Shown here piece by piece: positions 9,985 to 20,373 of a stretch of DNA of 64,000 nt; positions within the stretch are counted from its first letter, which is position 1; each line of letters begins with the position of its first letter. The stretch covers positions 30,046 through 94,045 of the forward strand of contig CAYOOT010000001.1 of the NCBI GenBank assembly GCA_964405665.1. Direction: 5' to 3'. Source of the stretch: an uncultured Bdellovibrionales bacterium. Its GTDB lineage: Bacteria; Bdellovibrionota_C; UBA2361; SZUA-149; CAZDWZ01. Under the pieces are notes generated by a model. The model searched no databases. It saw only the letters and a program-made list of their open reading frames with translations, and was not told the origin of the DNA. A program made the position numbers and the translations under genes.

Positions 9985-12522
9985 CTATTTTTCTGTATAT
10001 TGTTCTTCAATATAGTAGTACTCAGGCTCTCTGAAGGATGAAATTTTATTAGCGGCATTTAAAATAGTTCCCAAAATAGGCGCATGTACTTGTTTTAAAC
10101 GGGCATATGCATATTCAGCAACAGGCCGAGGTGTTTTATTACTTCTGACAACTAAGGCTACAGCATCTACCAGCTTTGACAATAAAAGAGCATCAGCCAC
10201 ATGGCATACTGGGGGAGTATCAATAATAATTTGATCATATTCCATACTTAATAATTCTATTAATTCCACCATTTGACGGGAACTTAAAAGTTCACCCGGT
10301 GCTCTGGTGTGATGTCCGGATAACAATACATGGAGTGAAGGAACCGGGGATTCCATGATTACATCTGTATAATCGACTTCACCGTTTAAATAATCCACCA
10401 AACCCGGAGTATTACGTCCGCATTCAAAAAATTTATACATTGAAGGAATTCTTAAGTCAGCATCTATTAATAAAGTTTTAATTGATGCTTGAGCAAATGT
10501 TGTCGCCAAATTGACAGCTACGGTGCTTTTACCATCACCTTTTTGTCCACTGGTAACCATTATTTTATGCGGAATTTCAGTCAGCCCTGAGCACTGAATT
10601 GAAGCACGAACACCTCTGAAAGATTCACTTTCCCTAGAGAGGGGAGAACTTAATAAAACTATTTCACTTGTTTTACTTTCTAGTTTTATTTTTGCTTGTT
10701 TACTTTGTTTGTTGACTAAATTTTTAGCAATATCAACTAAAGATCCCTTGCCGTTAACTTTTGTTTCAGAAACTACTTTGGTATGATCTTTGGTCTCAAT
10801 TTTTGTCACACCATTTGTTAAGTCAATGTCCTCTGTTTCAATTATTGTCAATTCATCTAAATCTTTTGGATCATCAATTGCATTTTCCTCTTCAGAAATT
10901 GCACCACCCAAAAATTCATTACTTAATTCCACGCGCGTTTGTTCATTGCCTGAAATTTCTTTATCCAAACGTTCATTCTTACTTTCAGGAATAATTAATG
11001 TATTGCCCTGAAATTCAGAGGAAAAACTTGGGATTACGCCTAATACTGGAGAATCAATACTTCTTTTTAAATCTGCTACTGATTTTATGGAATTATCTCT
11101 AAAATCCAACAAGAAAGCCAAGGATACTCCCAACAAAGTACCCAAAAGTATCCCCGAAATCAAGGTGGCCATTGTATTTAAACTACTTGGAAAAACAGGA
11201 GATAACGCTTTGTCTAATATTTGAACGTTTTTTTGTCCATTCTCGGCGTTAACCGTAGCATCTTCTAGTCTTCGGGCAATCTGATCGTTAATTTCTTTTG
11301 CCGCTTTTAGTTCTTTTTCTAAAACTTTATATTCAATTAATTGTCTTGTATTCTGTGTTTCATTTGATTTTAATTTTTCAAATTCATTTTGGATTAATCT
11401 TTCTTGATAGGCAGCAGCCTTATATTTGATTTCTTGTTCCCTGGTTTGTCTTTCAACGAATTGTTTAATCGTTCCTTTTGCTAGATCAATTTTTTCCTCT
11501 AAAAATTTCAGATAAGGAGTTCTGGCATTAAGTTTCTTGATTGCCTTATATTCATTTTGGATTTGACTAATTTCAAACAATCTTGCTTGAGTATTGGGAT
11601 CGGGATTGAGCACAGTAAGCCTTGAAGAACCGGCACTATTTGATAACTCTTTATAAATTGATTCTTCGGAAGCTCTTTTCAATCTCGCTTGAGATAAGCT
11701 ATCTGCTAAAGTCCGAACCATGGTCCCTTTTTCTGCTAAAGCAGTAGCTTCTTCTGAAAAATTTATGCCGGATTTAATTGATAATTGATAAATCCTTTCT
11801 GAAATATCTTTTACCCTAGCTTCTGAGTCTTTAGATCTGTTTTTCAAGAAATCGACGTTTACTGTGGCAGATTGCAATCGTTGTCCTCTTACCAGAGTGA
11901 CAAAACCTTCTGCATGAGCATTAGCTATTTTTGAAGCAAGTTCCGGCTTATTTGATTGTGCTGTAATTTTAACAAGCGAACTATTGGCCACCTGAGAATA
12001 ACTTGTTGATGCCAAATATGCATCCAGGATCGGTATTGAGATATTTTCTCCACCGGAATTTTCATTGGCGATTTTTTCCGCATTAGAAATATTCTGGTTA
12101 TAATAGTTTCTAATTTCTGCATTTTCTTTTAAAACGTTTATTGCCAAAACATAGCTTTGAAGTAAGGGCAATTGAGAACTGATATAATCAGATTTTGTTG
12201 TTTCACTTCGAAGGATTTCTGCCATCGGACCTTCTAACGGTGGCACATAAGTCCCGATACTGATTATTGCCGAACTCTTATATACTTTCGGTGTTCTCTT
12301 ATTCTTAATTATCGCTCCGGTCATTCCTATTGATGTACATAAAGCAATTAACCACCAATAACGAAGAAATATAGCTGCATATTCTCTAATTGGCTTTTCA
12401 GTTTGATTTAAATTAACACCATAGCCAGCATACGATCCGCCGTACTCACCATAATGGTTTAACATCACACTGCTGTGGCCTGCGGATACTACTTCGTGAT
12501 GGCCAGATTTATCATTTCTCAT
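9985..12522 (-). CDS. Polysaccharide co-polymerase / tyrosine autokinase (Wzc/BY-kinase-like)
   Basis: A Wzz-like periplasmic/coiled-coil region and a second TM helix lead into a CapB-type ATPase with GQKGDGKST (Walker A) and LIDADLR. The C-terminus has a Tyr cluster (YYYIEEQY). An acidic insert of about 150 aa precedes the kinase domain. Confidence 0.75.
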   Translation of the reverse strand: MRNDKSGHHEVVSAGHSSVMLNHYGEYGGSYAGYGVNLNQTEKPIREYAAIFLRYWWLIALCTSIGMTGAIIKNKRTPKVYKSSAIISIGTYVPPLEGPMAEILRSETTKSDYISSQLPLLQSYVLAINVLKENAEIRNYYNQNISNAEKIANENSGGENISIPILDAYLASTSYSQVANSSLVKITAQSNKPELASKIANAHAEGFVTLVRGQRLQSATVNVDFLKNRSKDSEARVKDISERIYQLSIKSGINFSEEATALAEKGTMVRTLADSLSQARLKRASEESIYKELSNSAGSSRLTVLNPDPNTQARLFEISQIQNEYKAIKKLNARTPYLKFLEEKIDLAKGTIKQFVERQTREQEIKYKAAAYQERLIQNEFEKLKSNETQNTRQLIEYKVLEKELKAAKEINDQIARRLEDATVNAENGQKNVQILDKALSPVFPSSLNTMATLISGILLGTLLGVSLAFLLDFRDNSIKSVADLKRSIDSPVLGVIPSFSSEFQGNTLIIPESKNERLDKEISGNEQTRVELSNEFLGGAISEEENAIDDPKDLDELTIIETEDIDLTNGVTKIETKDHTKVVSETKVNGKGSLVDIAKNLVNKQSKQAKIKLESKTSEIVLLSSPLSRESESFRGVRASIQCSGLTEIPHKIMVTSGQKGDGKSTVAVNLATTFAQASIKTLLIDADLRIPSMYKFFECGRNTPGLVDYLNGEVDYTDVIMESPVPSLHVLLSGHHTRAPGELLSSRQMVELIELLSMEYDQIIIDTPPVCHVADALLLSKLVDAVALVVRSNKTPRPVAEYAYARLKQVHAPILGTILNAANKISSFREPEYYYIEEQYTEK

Positions 12523-12685
12523 GACAATACACCTAATAATTTACATATGGTTACTTAAGTTGTCGGGTATCTGTTTTTTTTTCTTGAGCACTAATTTTCA
12601 AGAGGAAATACCTGAGGTTATGCTTAAGAAATGGCCCTAATTTAACGATACTAATATTAGGAAAGAATTTAATAATTTTTAAAGC

Positions 12686-14545
12686 ATGAAAATTATCTTC
12701 GAGATTACCAGTATCACTTTGATTGGATTTTTATCCGCTTTCTTCATCATGCCTTATATTGCAGAATTTTCCATAAAAAATAAAATTATCGACAATCCTT
12801 CAGAACGAAGAATCAATAAAAAAGCTATCCCTCGAGCCGGGGGCTTAGGAATCTGTTTTGGATTTATTGTAACCCTAGTCTTCCTCTTATCATTACCGGA
12901 AGTAATTGATTATAATAAACAAGAATATTCATTAAAACTTTTTTTATTAGCGCTACTGACAATAACTATCGTTGGTTTTATTGATGATTTGCTGGGCACA
13001 AAACCAAAAATCAAACTTGCTGGTCAAATAGTCGCTTCAATCATTTTATATTTAGGGAATGTTCAATTTGGTGACAATTTTGGTTTAAGTCTCCCTTTTT
13101 ATTTAAATATTTCAATAAGTATTTTTTGGCTGATTTTAATAACAAATGCTTTCAATCTAATCGATGGAATCGATGGCTTAGCCACGGGTGTAGCAATTAT
13201 TGCCGCTTTAGGGATAGGGGGAACTCTTTTTCATCAAGGACAATATCTGGAAACATTAATGCTTTGCGGTTTAATCGGCTCAAGCGTCGGTTTTTTAAGA
13301 TACAATTATCATCCGGCAAAAGTTTTTTTAGGAGACTCGGGGAGTCTTTTCTTAGGTTTTACTTTGGCTGCTTTTTCTTTACTAATTGGCAAAGAAGCAA
13401 ATTCTTTGTTTGCTCTTTGGGTACCGGTACTTTCTCTAATAATTCCAATTCTCGATACCGCGCTTGCTGTCTGGAGGAGATTCGCTAAAAAAATTATTAA
13501 ATTTGTCTTTTCGGAAGAAATATCCCATGGCGGTGTGATGTCTGCGGATCTGGAACACCTCCATCATCGTTTATTAAGTACTGGCCGCGATATGAGACAT
13601 GCTACGGCCACTTTAATTTTTACTTCCTGCCTCGTAGTGCTCTTTGCTTTACTGACTTCACATTTTATCAATGAATACAAAATTTTAATCTTTAGTTTTT
13701 CAGCTCTTATTATTTTATACTATATATACAAGACCGCCACTATCGAAATCTGGGACAGCGGAAGAGCTATCGTTTATTTACTGGAACATAAAAAACGACC
13801 CAATGTCGCCCGGGCAACTTTTCTTTTTTTAGACAGTATTACTTTTTTATTTGCCCTCCTGATAGTTTTCCATTTAACCGAACTTAATTTATCCAGCACC
13901 GAAATCAACAAAAAATTCTTCGCTCTGGCACCAAAAATATACTTGAGTTTTGCCTGTTTCATCAGCCTCAGTGAATTTCACAGCAGACACTGGAAAACGA
14001 AAATAAGAAACAGATACCTTTTACTTTCGCTAGCATTATTAACCAGCCTTACCTTAAGCTTTTGTTATCTCAGTAAAGAATTATCAAACAACCCAAAGAT
14101 ACTTTTTACTCAAGGGCTGCTTTTATTTTTTCTCTCATTTAGCGCAATTTATTTTACTAGAATAATTCCAACTTTTCTTAGACATTTAATGATGCAAAGA
14201 GTCTTAAAAGGAAAAGAGCCTTCTCAGAGACAAGAAAATATATTAGTCTTGGGTTCGGGCTTAGAACTCGATAATTTTATAAAAAACAAAGATTTTATTT
14301 TACCAGAAATGGCTTTTAGCAGATTGGCAGGCATTATTAGCGATGATCAGGATATAAAATACCCTTGCCCTATTTTTGCCTTAAATGATAGTTGCGATAC
14401 AATTTCAGAAATAATTGAACAGTTAGCGATTAATAGAATCATTATCGCCTCAGAAATCTCAATTAAAATCCAAAAGGAACTTTTAAATCTCAGCAAAACA
14501 GGAACAAGAAATTTAAAATTAGACAATTTATGCAAGTATCCTTAA
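12686..14545 (+). CDS. Polyprenyl-phosphate N-acetylhexosamine-1-phosphate transferase (WecA/MraY family) with an additional C-terminal domain of about 280 aa
   Basis: The family motif NAFNLIDGIDGLA is present, with a D-rich loop (FIDDLLG) and multiple TM helices. Extra TM segments and a soluble tail (ILVLGSGLELDNF...) lie beyond the usual family length of about 350 aa. Confidence 0.75.
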   Translation: MKIIFEITSITLIGFLSAFFIMPYIAEFSIKNKIIDNPSERRINKKAIPRAGGLGICFGFIVTLVFLLSLPEVIDYNKQEYSLKLFLLALLTITIVGFIDDLLGTKPKIKLAGQIVASIILYLGNVQFGDNFGLSLPFYLNISISIFWLILITNAFNLIDGIDGLATGVAIIAALGIGGTLFHQGQYLETLMLCGLIGSSVGFLRYNYHPAKVFLGDSGSLFLGFTLAAFSLLIGKEANSLFALWVPVLSLIIPILDTALAVWRRFAKKIIKFVFSEEISHGGVMSADLEHLHHRLLSTGRDMRHATATLIFTSCLVVLFALLTSHFINEYKILIFSFSALIILYYIYKTATIEIWDSGRAIVYLLEHKKRPNVARATFLFLDSITFLFALLIVFHLTELNLSSTEINKKFFALAPKIYLSFACFISLSEFHSRHWKTKIRNRYLLLSLALLTSLTLSFCYLSKELSNNPKILFTQGLLLFFLSFSAIYFTRIIPTFLRHLMMQRVLKGKEPSQRQENILVLGSGLELDNFIKNKDFILPEMAFSRLAGIISDDQDIKYPCPIFALNDSCDTISEIIEQLAINRIIIASEISIKIQKELLNLSKTGTRNLKLDNLCKYP

Positions 14546-14583
14546 ACTGCGTTAGCTGCAAATTAAAAAACATACAGGCTTGA

Positions 14584-15684
14584 TTGAACAATATTCCAGA
14601 TCAGATGCAAATAAAAAAAACCTCTCATCTGGCCCTTTTGGGCCGGTTCGGTTCTAATGCCTGCGGAATTCGTGATTATCTGCAATTGCTGGGAACGGCT
14701 TTAGAAGAACAAAATTGCAAAATAAATATCTTTGAATTCAATTGGCAAACGCAGGGCTGGATCAATTCTTTTTTTAAGCTAATAAAAGAAATTAAAAAAT
14801 CAGATTACAAAGCAGTAGTCATTCAATACACTGCGCTTTCTTGGTCTCAAAGAGGGCTTCCTTTTAGCTTGTTCCCCATAATTTTTTTTTTAAAATTAAA
14901 TAAAATTAAAGTGGGAATCTACTTCCATGATCCGGATTGTGCCCCCTATTATAACTCCTTGCAAAAAATCAGATCCGCACTGCAATCAATGATCATGAAA
15001 CTCCTGTATTTCTACTCTGATGCCACTCTCATCGCCATTGAACCAAAGTGTGTTTCTTGGATACCAAATAATAAAAACAAAGCATTCCTTGTGCCGATCG
15101 GACCGAATGTCCCTGAAATGCCAATAAATATTTTACCTCAGGGCAGCAACAGAATCTGCGTATTTTGCGTTACTAAGGGTTTTTTGATGCCCGCGGAAGT
15201 CCAGCAAATCACAGAGATTGTCCTTCCTTTGTCTAAAACACATGATAATTTGGAATTAATAATTTGTGGCAACGGAGCATTGGAATCCAAAAACGAATTT
15301 TTATCGAAATTAGAAAATAGCAAAATAAAGCTTACCGTCATTGGTGAAACTTCCTTAGAAAATATCGCAAAACTTTTAAACTCAGCCAAGGCAATGTTGT
15401 TTGTGCGAGGGCCGCTGACAGGAGCACGAGGCTCAGCCTTAGCGGGGATTGCCGCAAAAATCCCTATTATTGGCTATCAGAGCAAACTAACCAGCGCCCC
15501 CCTTACAGAGGGAGGGATTCTTTTAGCTGAAAAAAATAATTCTTCCCTGCTTTCTTCAAATTTGAATGCTGTTTTAAGTGATGATCTTTTATATCAAGAT
15601 TTAATAAGAAAAAATGAAGATGTATATAAAGAATTTTTTTCTTGGAAAAAAATAGCGAAAAAATATATGTCAGTTTTTTCTTAG
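14584..15684 (+). CDS. Hypothetical protein, possibly a GT-B-fold glycosyltransferase-like protein
   Basis: It sits in the glycan locus. The C-terminal half looks Rossmann-like (LIICGNG...IPIIGY). There is no decisive motif. Confidence 0.3.
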   Translation: MNNIPDQMQIKKTSHLALLGRFGSNACGIRDYLQLLGTALEEQNCKINIFEFNWQTQGWINSFFKLIKEIKKSDYKAVVIQYTALSWSQRGLPFSLFPIIFFLKLNKIKVGIYFHDPDCAPYYNSLQKIRSALQSMIMKLLYFYSDATLIAIEPKCVSWIPNNKNKAFLVPIGPNVPEMPINILPQGSNRICVFCVTKGFLMPAEVQQITEIVLPLSKTHDNLELIICGNGALESKNEFLSKLENSKIKLTVIGETSLENIAKLLNSAKAMLFVRGPLTGARGSALAGIAAKIPIIGYQSKLTSAPLTEGGILLAEKNNSSLLSSNLNAVLSDDLLYQDLIRKNEDVYKEFFSWKKIAKKYMSVFS

Positions 15685-15726
15685 AGCCGTTAAACTTTTT
15701 TTAACAAAAATATCTTCAAGAATTGC

Positions 15727-16743
15727 TTATTTCGGGAATACTGCCTTATTAAAAGAAAAATCATTTTTGGAAAATGTTCTTTCTTTGGTTGAGTTGTCTT
15801 TTGCTGAAATCGCATCTTTATTTTCTAAATACCATTCATATGTTTGACTTAATCCTAGCTCCAAGGGAACCTGCGAAACAAACCCGAATTCTTTTTCCGC
15901 TTTGGAAACATCCAAACATCTTCTTGGTTGCCCATTTGGTTTTGATTGATCCCAGATAATTTCACCAGCAAAACCAACTATATTTTTAATCATTTTCCCC
16001 AGTTCTAACATTCTTATTTCTCTGCCCGATCCCAAATTGATTGGTTCGGATTTGTTATAATTTTCCGCAGCAAGCCTAATGCCTCTGGCTGCATCCTCAA
16101 CATACATGAATTCTCTAGTCGGTGTTCCATCCCCCCAAAATGTAACAGAGTTATCCCCCCTTTCTCTTGCTTCGTAAACTTTACGAATCATTGCCGGAAT
16201 CACATGAGACGATTCCAGATCAAAATTATCTCCCGGGCCATACATATTAACTGGCAAAAGCGTAATGCCATTGAATCCATATTGTTGCCGATATGCCTGA
16301 ATTTGTACCGAGATCATTTTTTTAGCCAAACCATAGGGAGCATTTGTTTCTTCGGGATATCCGACCCAAAAATCTTCTTCTTTAAAGGGCACTGCTGTAA
16401 ATTTTGGATAAGAACAGATTGTCCCTATCGCCACAAATTTTTGAATGCCAAAAAGCCTTGCTTGCTCGATCAGTTCAACCCCCATAATTAAATTGTCATA
16501 AAAAAACTTTCCTGGGTTTTTTAAATTAGCTCCGATTCCACCAACAGACGCAGCCAGGTGAATTATTGTATCAACAGGTTTGTCCTGTAAGAGAGCTTTG
16601 ATCGCTTGCTTATCCCGAAGATCATATTGCGCAGAACGAAAGGTATGGATATTCTTAAGATTGGAACAATTTTTTGCTAACTCCGCTGTTAATCTTTTAC
16701 CTAAGAATCCATTTGCGCCTGTAATTAATACATCTTTCATCAT
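15727..16743 (-). CDS. fcl: GDP-L-fucose synthase (GDP-4-keto-6-deoxymannose 3,5-epimerase/4-reductase)
   Basis: It has the NAD(P)-binding motif VLITGANGFLG, the catalytic YGLAKK (YxxxK) and the Fcl-typical NMYGPGDNFDLESSHVIPAMIRK. Confidence 0.8.
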   Translation of the reverse strand: MMKDVLITGANGFLGKRLTAELAKNCSNLKNIHTFRSAQYDLRDKQAIKALLQDKPVDTIIHLAASVGGIGANLKNPGKFFYDNLIMGVELIEQARLFGIQKFVAIGTICSYPKFTAVPFKEEDFWVGYPEETNAPYGLAKKMISVQIQAYRQQYGFNGITLLPVNMYGPGDNFDLESSHVIPAMIRKVYEARERGDNSVTFWGDGTPTREFMYVEDAARGIRLAAENYNKSEPINLGSGREIRMLELGKMIKNIVGFAGEIIWDQSKPNGQPRRCLDVSKAEKEFGFVSQVPLELGLSQTYEWYLENKDAISAKDNSTKERTFSKNDFSFNKAVFPK

Positions 16744-16859
16744 AACTACCCTTTATTCAGTGTTCTGGTAGTAAATCGACATTGTTGATGAAATTATTGA
16801 GTAAAAATAGTTTTTTTTATTATTTATAACTAGCTGAAATTAAAGAAAGAATTTTTTAA

Positions 16860-18056
16860 TTAATTTAATAGAGCCATGAGTTTAGGCATCAAAAAAGATA
16901 TTTTAAAGTCATTGATTTTTTGAAGATTATCTTTCTTTGTCGATACTTCCGCAGCAGAGAAATTTTGAAGTAATTGGACCAATTTCTTAACTTCACCATG
17001 CTTTAAGGCAAAATATTTCATTTCAGAGGAATACTTATTATTTAATTCTACAATATGGCTCTTTTCCGGTCCGATATATAAAACAGATCCTCCGATATGT
17101 AAGATATTATAAATCTTGCAAGGATGGATTATTCCGACAAATGGTTCGCCCATAATAACAACATGTAAATCTGCTGCAGAAAGCAACCCTGAGAGTTTTT
17201 CAGTCGCTTGATAGGGTAAACACAAAATATTTTTTAAGTTGTGGATTTTTGCAAATTCTTTTACCTTTCGATGTTCGCTGCCTCCACCGACAAATAAAAA
17301 AACTATTTTTTTATTTTCTTTCAAGACCCTTGCCGCTTCAATCACTGTTGTCAGGGGATGACAAGGGCTGTGATTCCCGGCATATAGCACTAAAAATTTA
17401 TTTTCTAAATTATGTTCTTTTCTAAATTGCTCACCTGCCTGATTATCATAGGAAACTTCATCGTCATGTGACCACGGAGGAATAATTTCTATCTTATCCG
17501 AAGAAATTCCCTTGGTAGTAATTCTATTGGCCATAAAGTGATCCAAAGCAATGACTTTTTCTGCAGTCTGGAAACTATATCGGGACAAAAACTCCAAGAA
17601 CCTGCAGATCAAGCTATTTTCTTTTAACCAACCGGCAGCCACTGCTTCATCTGGATTTAAATCCATTACCCAATAATAAAATTTAGCATTAAAAATTCTG
17701 CAATATATTGATGCGATGAAAGAAATCAGTGGCGGTGAAGTTAATGCAACTACAGCTTCAAAACGTTTTAGAAAGAGCATTCGGAAACAGCAGCAAAGTA
17801 TAAAACTAAAAAAATCTAGGGCTCTGCTTATTTTATAATTTTTGCCGAAGCAAGTTGTAGGGATTCTATATATTTTAACCCCATTCCATTTTTCATATTT
17901 CAAATATTTCAAACTAGGATCGGCATATCCTCTTTGGCTACAGATTACTGTGACATCATGTCCTGCTTGAACCAAACCACAGGCAAAATCACTAAGTTGC
18001 AAGGCTGTTGCTGCATAATCTGGATAAAAGGCTTGATTTAAGAGTAAAACTCTCAT
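16860..18056 (-). CDS. Glycosyltransferase family 4 (WcaI-like)
   Basis: The N-terminus MRVLLLNQAFYPDYAATALQLSDFACGLVQAGHDVTVI is typical of WcaI-like GT4 enzymes. Confidence 0.7.
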   Translation of the reverse strand: MRVLLLNQAFYPDYAATALQLSDFACGLVQAGHDVTVICSQRGYADPSLKYLKYEKWNGVKIYRIPTTCFGKNYKISRALDFFSFILCCCFRMLFLKRFEAVVALTSPPLISFIASIYCRIFNAKFYYWVMDLNPDEAVAAGWLKENSLICRFLEFLSRYSFQTAEKVIALDHFMANRITTKGISSDKIEIIPPWSHDDEVSYDNQAGEQFRKEHNLENKFLVLYAGNHSPCHPLTTVIEAARVLKENKKIVFLFVGGGSEHRKVKEFAKIHNLKNILCLPYQATEKLSGLLSAADLHVVIMGEPFVGIIHPCKIYNILHIGGSVLYIGPEKSHIVELNNKYSSEMKYFALKHGEVKKLVQLLQNFSAAEVSTKKDNLQKINDFKISFLMPKLMALLN

Positions 18057-18234
18057 TTCTACAAAACTACGGATAATATTTAATTTTTAGTCTATCGGCT
18101 GAATAATTCTTTTCATTGAGGGCTATTATTTTGCTTGAATTATGACGAAGATAATTACTCTATTGATTCTTTGGTCACTGGATGAAATTTAATAGGAATA
18201 TTTAAAAAACATTTAATATTTATATCAAGATCTT

Positions 18235-18990
18235 ATGTTGAAACATACTTTTGCAGAAATACTTTGTTCTTGGAAATTAGGGAAAACAAAGAAAGACAAA
18301 TTTAAGCTTTTATTGCATATATTTCTCTATAAGCTCAATAATAAATTCAATTTTGTTAAAGTTGATACTAAAATTGAAGCTGTTAATATAGTTTTTGAAG
18401 GACATCCCGTTCAGGTTCATTATCGAAAATTCATCGGAGACATTTTTATTTTATATGAAATTTTCTGTCATGAAGTATATAAAACCACAGAAAAAATAGA
18501 GCCCTCTCTCTTTGTGGATTTAGGAGCAAATGTCGGATATACCTCAATCTACTTTCATCTCAAATATCGATGTCCCGTAATTGCCGTTGAGCCAAGTCCT
18601 GATAATATTAAGTTGTTAAAATTAAATACGTCTTTTTTCCCTTGCGAAATAATTCAAGGAGCAATTGCTTGTGAAGAAAAAATACTTCATTTTAATTTTA
18701 ATGACAGATCTTATAATATCAATTCTCTTTCCAATGGAACATTCCCAGTTAAAGCTGTTGCCCTGTCTTCTTTATTAAAAGGTAAAGAAGAAAAAAATAT
18801 CGCCTTAAAAATAGATATTGAAGGGGGGGAGTTTGATCTTTTTAGCAAAAATTTAGAATGGTTGGATAATATCAATTATCTGGTGATGGAAGAACATTTT
18901 GATTTTAAGCCCCCTGCATTATTATTGCAGAAATTTCATTTGGTAAAAAGCGATCAGATGAAATCTTATATCAAGAAATCTTCCAATTAA
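18235..18990 (+). CDS. FkbM-family methyltransferase
   Basis: It has the motif DLGANVGYTS and the FkbM domain architecture. A paralogue lies at 35324..36202. Confidence 0.65.
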   Translation: MLKHTFAEILCSWKLGKTKKDKFKLLLHIFLYKLNNKFNFVKVDTKIEAVNIVFEGHPVQVHYRKFIGDIFILYEIFCHEVYKTTEKIEPSLFVDLGANVGYTSIYFHLKYRCPVIAVEPSPDNIKLLKLNTSFFPCEIIQGAIACEEKILHFNFNDRSYNINSLSNGTFPVKAVALSSLLKGKEEKNIALKIDIEGGEFDLFSKNLEWLDNINYLVMEEHFDFKPPALLLQKFHLVKSDQMKSYIKKSSN

Positions 18991-18999
18991 AAAAATTAA

Positions 19000-19497
19000 T
19001 TATTCCTTAAACAACAATACAGTCGCATTAGCCATTATACCCTCACCCCTTCCGACAAAACCTAATTTCTCCGCGGTTGTAGCTTTAACTCCCACCTGAT
19101 TATCTTCCGCTCCGAACAAGCAAGCGATGTTTTTTTTAATCGCCCCAGTATGCTCTTTAAATTTAGGGAATTCTGCAAGTAAAACACAATCACAATTAAC
19201 CAAGTTCCATCCTTCTTTTTTTGCTTGATCCCAAACAATAGAGAATAATTTTTTACTGTCTATATCTTTATACTTTTGATCGGAAGGCGGAAACCATTGG
19301 CCGATATCTCCCCAAGCTAAAGCTCCCAAAACAGCATCTGTTATTGCATGCAACAAGACATCGGCATCGGAGTGTCCTTTTAAACCCAGTTCGAAGTCAA
19401 TTTCTATACCTCCAATTATTAACTTCCGATTTTTTTCAAAGGGATGAATATCTATTCCTTGACCAACTCTTAAATTTCTAATTAAATCTTTATTCAT
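19000..19497 (-). CDS. ispF: 2-C-methyl-D-erythritol 2,4-cyclodiphosphate synthase
   Basis: It has the conserved IspF block GHSDADVLLHAITDAVLGA and is about 160 aa long. Confidence 0.9.
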   Translation of the reverse strand: MNKDLIRNLRVGQGIDIHPFEKNRKLIIGGIEIDFELGLKGHSDADVLLHAITDAVLGALAWGDIGQWFPPSDQKYKDIDSKKLFSIVWDQAKKEGWNLVNCDCVLLAEFPKFKEHTGAIKKNIACLFGAEDNQVGVKATTAEKLGFVGRGEGIMANATVLLFKE

Positions 19498-20282
19498 GGC
19501 TCTACAAACCCATATTTTGGTAAATCTCTTGTAATGATCACTAAAGCGGCAATCTTTGCCACAAAATCTCTCGTAATATCACAAACCAATCCGCGCGAAG
19601 TTAATTCAAAGACATCAAGAGTATCCATCGGGATCTCTTGTTTCATAATATCCACGGCTTGAGTGACTCGTTTTGGACCGGAGTTATATGCGGCAGCCAC
19701 TAAATACCAATCGCCAAAAGTATCATATAACGCAGCAAGAAATCTTGCCGCCGCTTCAGTAGATTTTTCCACATCCATTCGTTCATCAATGCCCGTATTT
19801 ATTTTTAACCCATAATTTTTTGCAGTTGGTGCGGAAAGTTGCCACATTCCTGTTGTATAACCATCTCCGCTTCTGGCCTCGGGTTTAAATCTGCTTTCAA
19901 CGAAAGCGATATTAATTAAATCGAGTGGAAGTTTGTATTTAGTAAAAATTTTCTTGAAAATTGGCAAATATTTTTTTCTTCTGCCTAGAGCTTCTTGAAC
20001 AAAATCTCTTTTAACTTTCGTGTAATAACGAACAAAATTATTGACTTCCGGATGATAAACAAAAGGAAAATCAGGATAGACATAATCCTCTGTAATGCTG
20101 GACATTCCCCCTGTAGGACCTAGTCTGCCGGGTTTAAGTTTTTTTTTGCCTTTTTTATTTTTTGATTTCTGCTCATTGGTCTGTACAATCTCTTGCTTAG
20201 ATTTCGATTTATTCAAAAAAACAGAGCAAGCAGTAAAACTCTGTATTAACATCAAAAAACCGAGATAATTTACTAATTTCAT
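19494..20282 (-). CDS. Lytic transglycosylase (SLT domain) lipoprotein
   Basis: The SLT motifs ESRFKPEARS...GMWQL and AAYNSGP are present. The N-terminal signal has a lipobox-like Cys (FTAC). Confidence 0.75.
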   Translation of the reverse strand: MKLVNYLGFLMLIQSFTACSVFLNKSKSKQEIVQTNEQKSKNKKGKKKLKPGRLGPTGGMSSITEDYVYPDFPFVYHPEVNNFVRYYTKVKRDFVQEALGRRKKYLPIFKKIFTKYKLPLDLINIAFVESRFKPEARSGDGYTTGMWQLSAPTAKNYGLKINTGIDERMDVEKSTEAAARFLAALYDTFGDWYLVAAAYNSGPKRVTQAVDIMKQEIPMDTLDVFELTSRGLVCDITRDFVAKIAALVIITRDLPKYGFVEP

Positions 20283-20373
20283 TTAAGTTGAACTAAAATT
20301 CTCATTGTCTAAAAAAGCTCCTAAAGATAGCATAACTTCATGTTTATTAAAAATCATAGTTATTAATGTGCTT

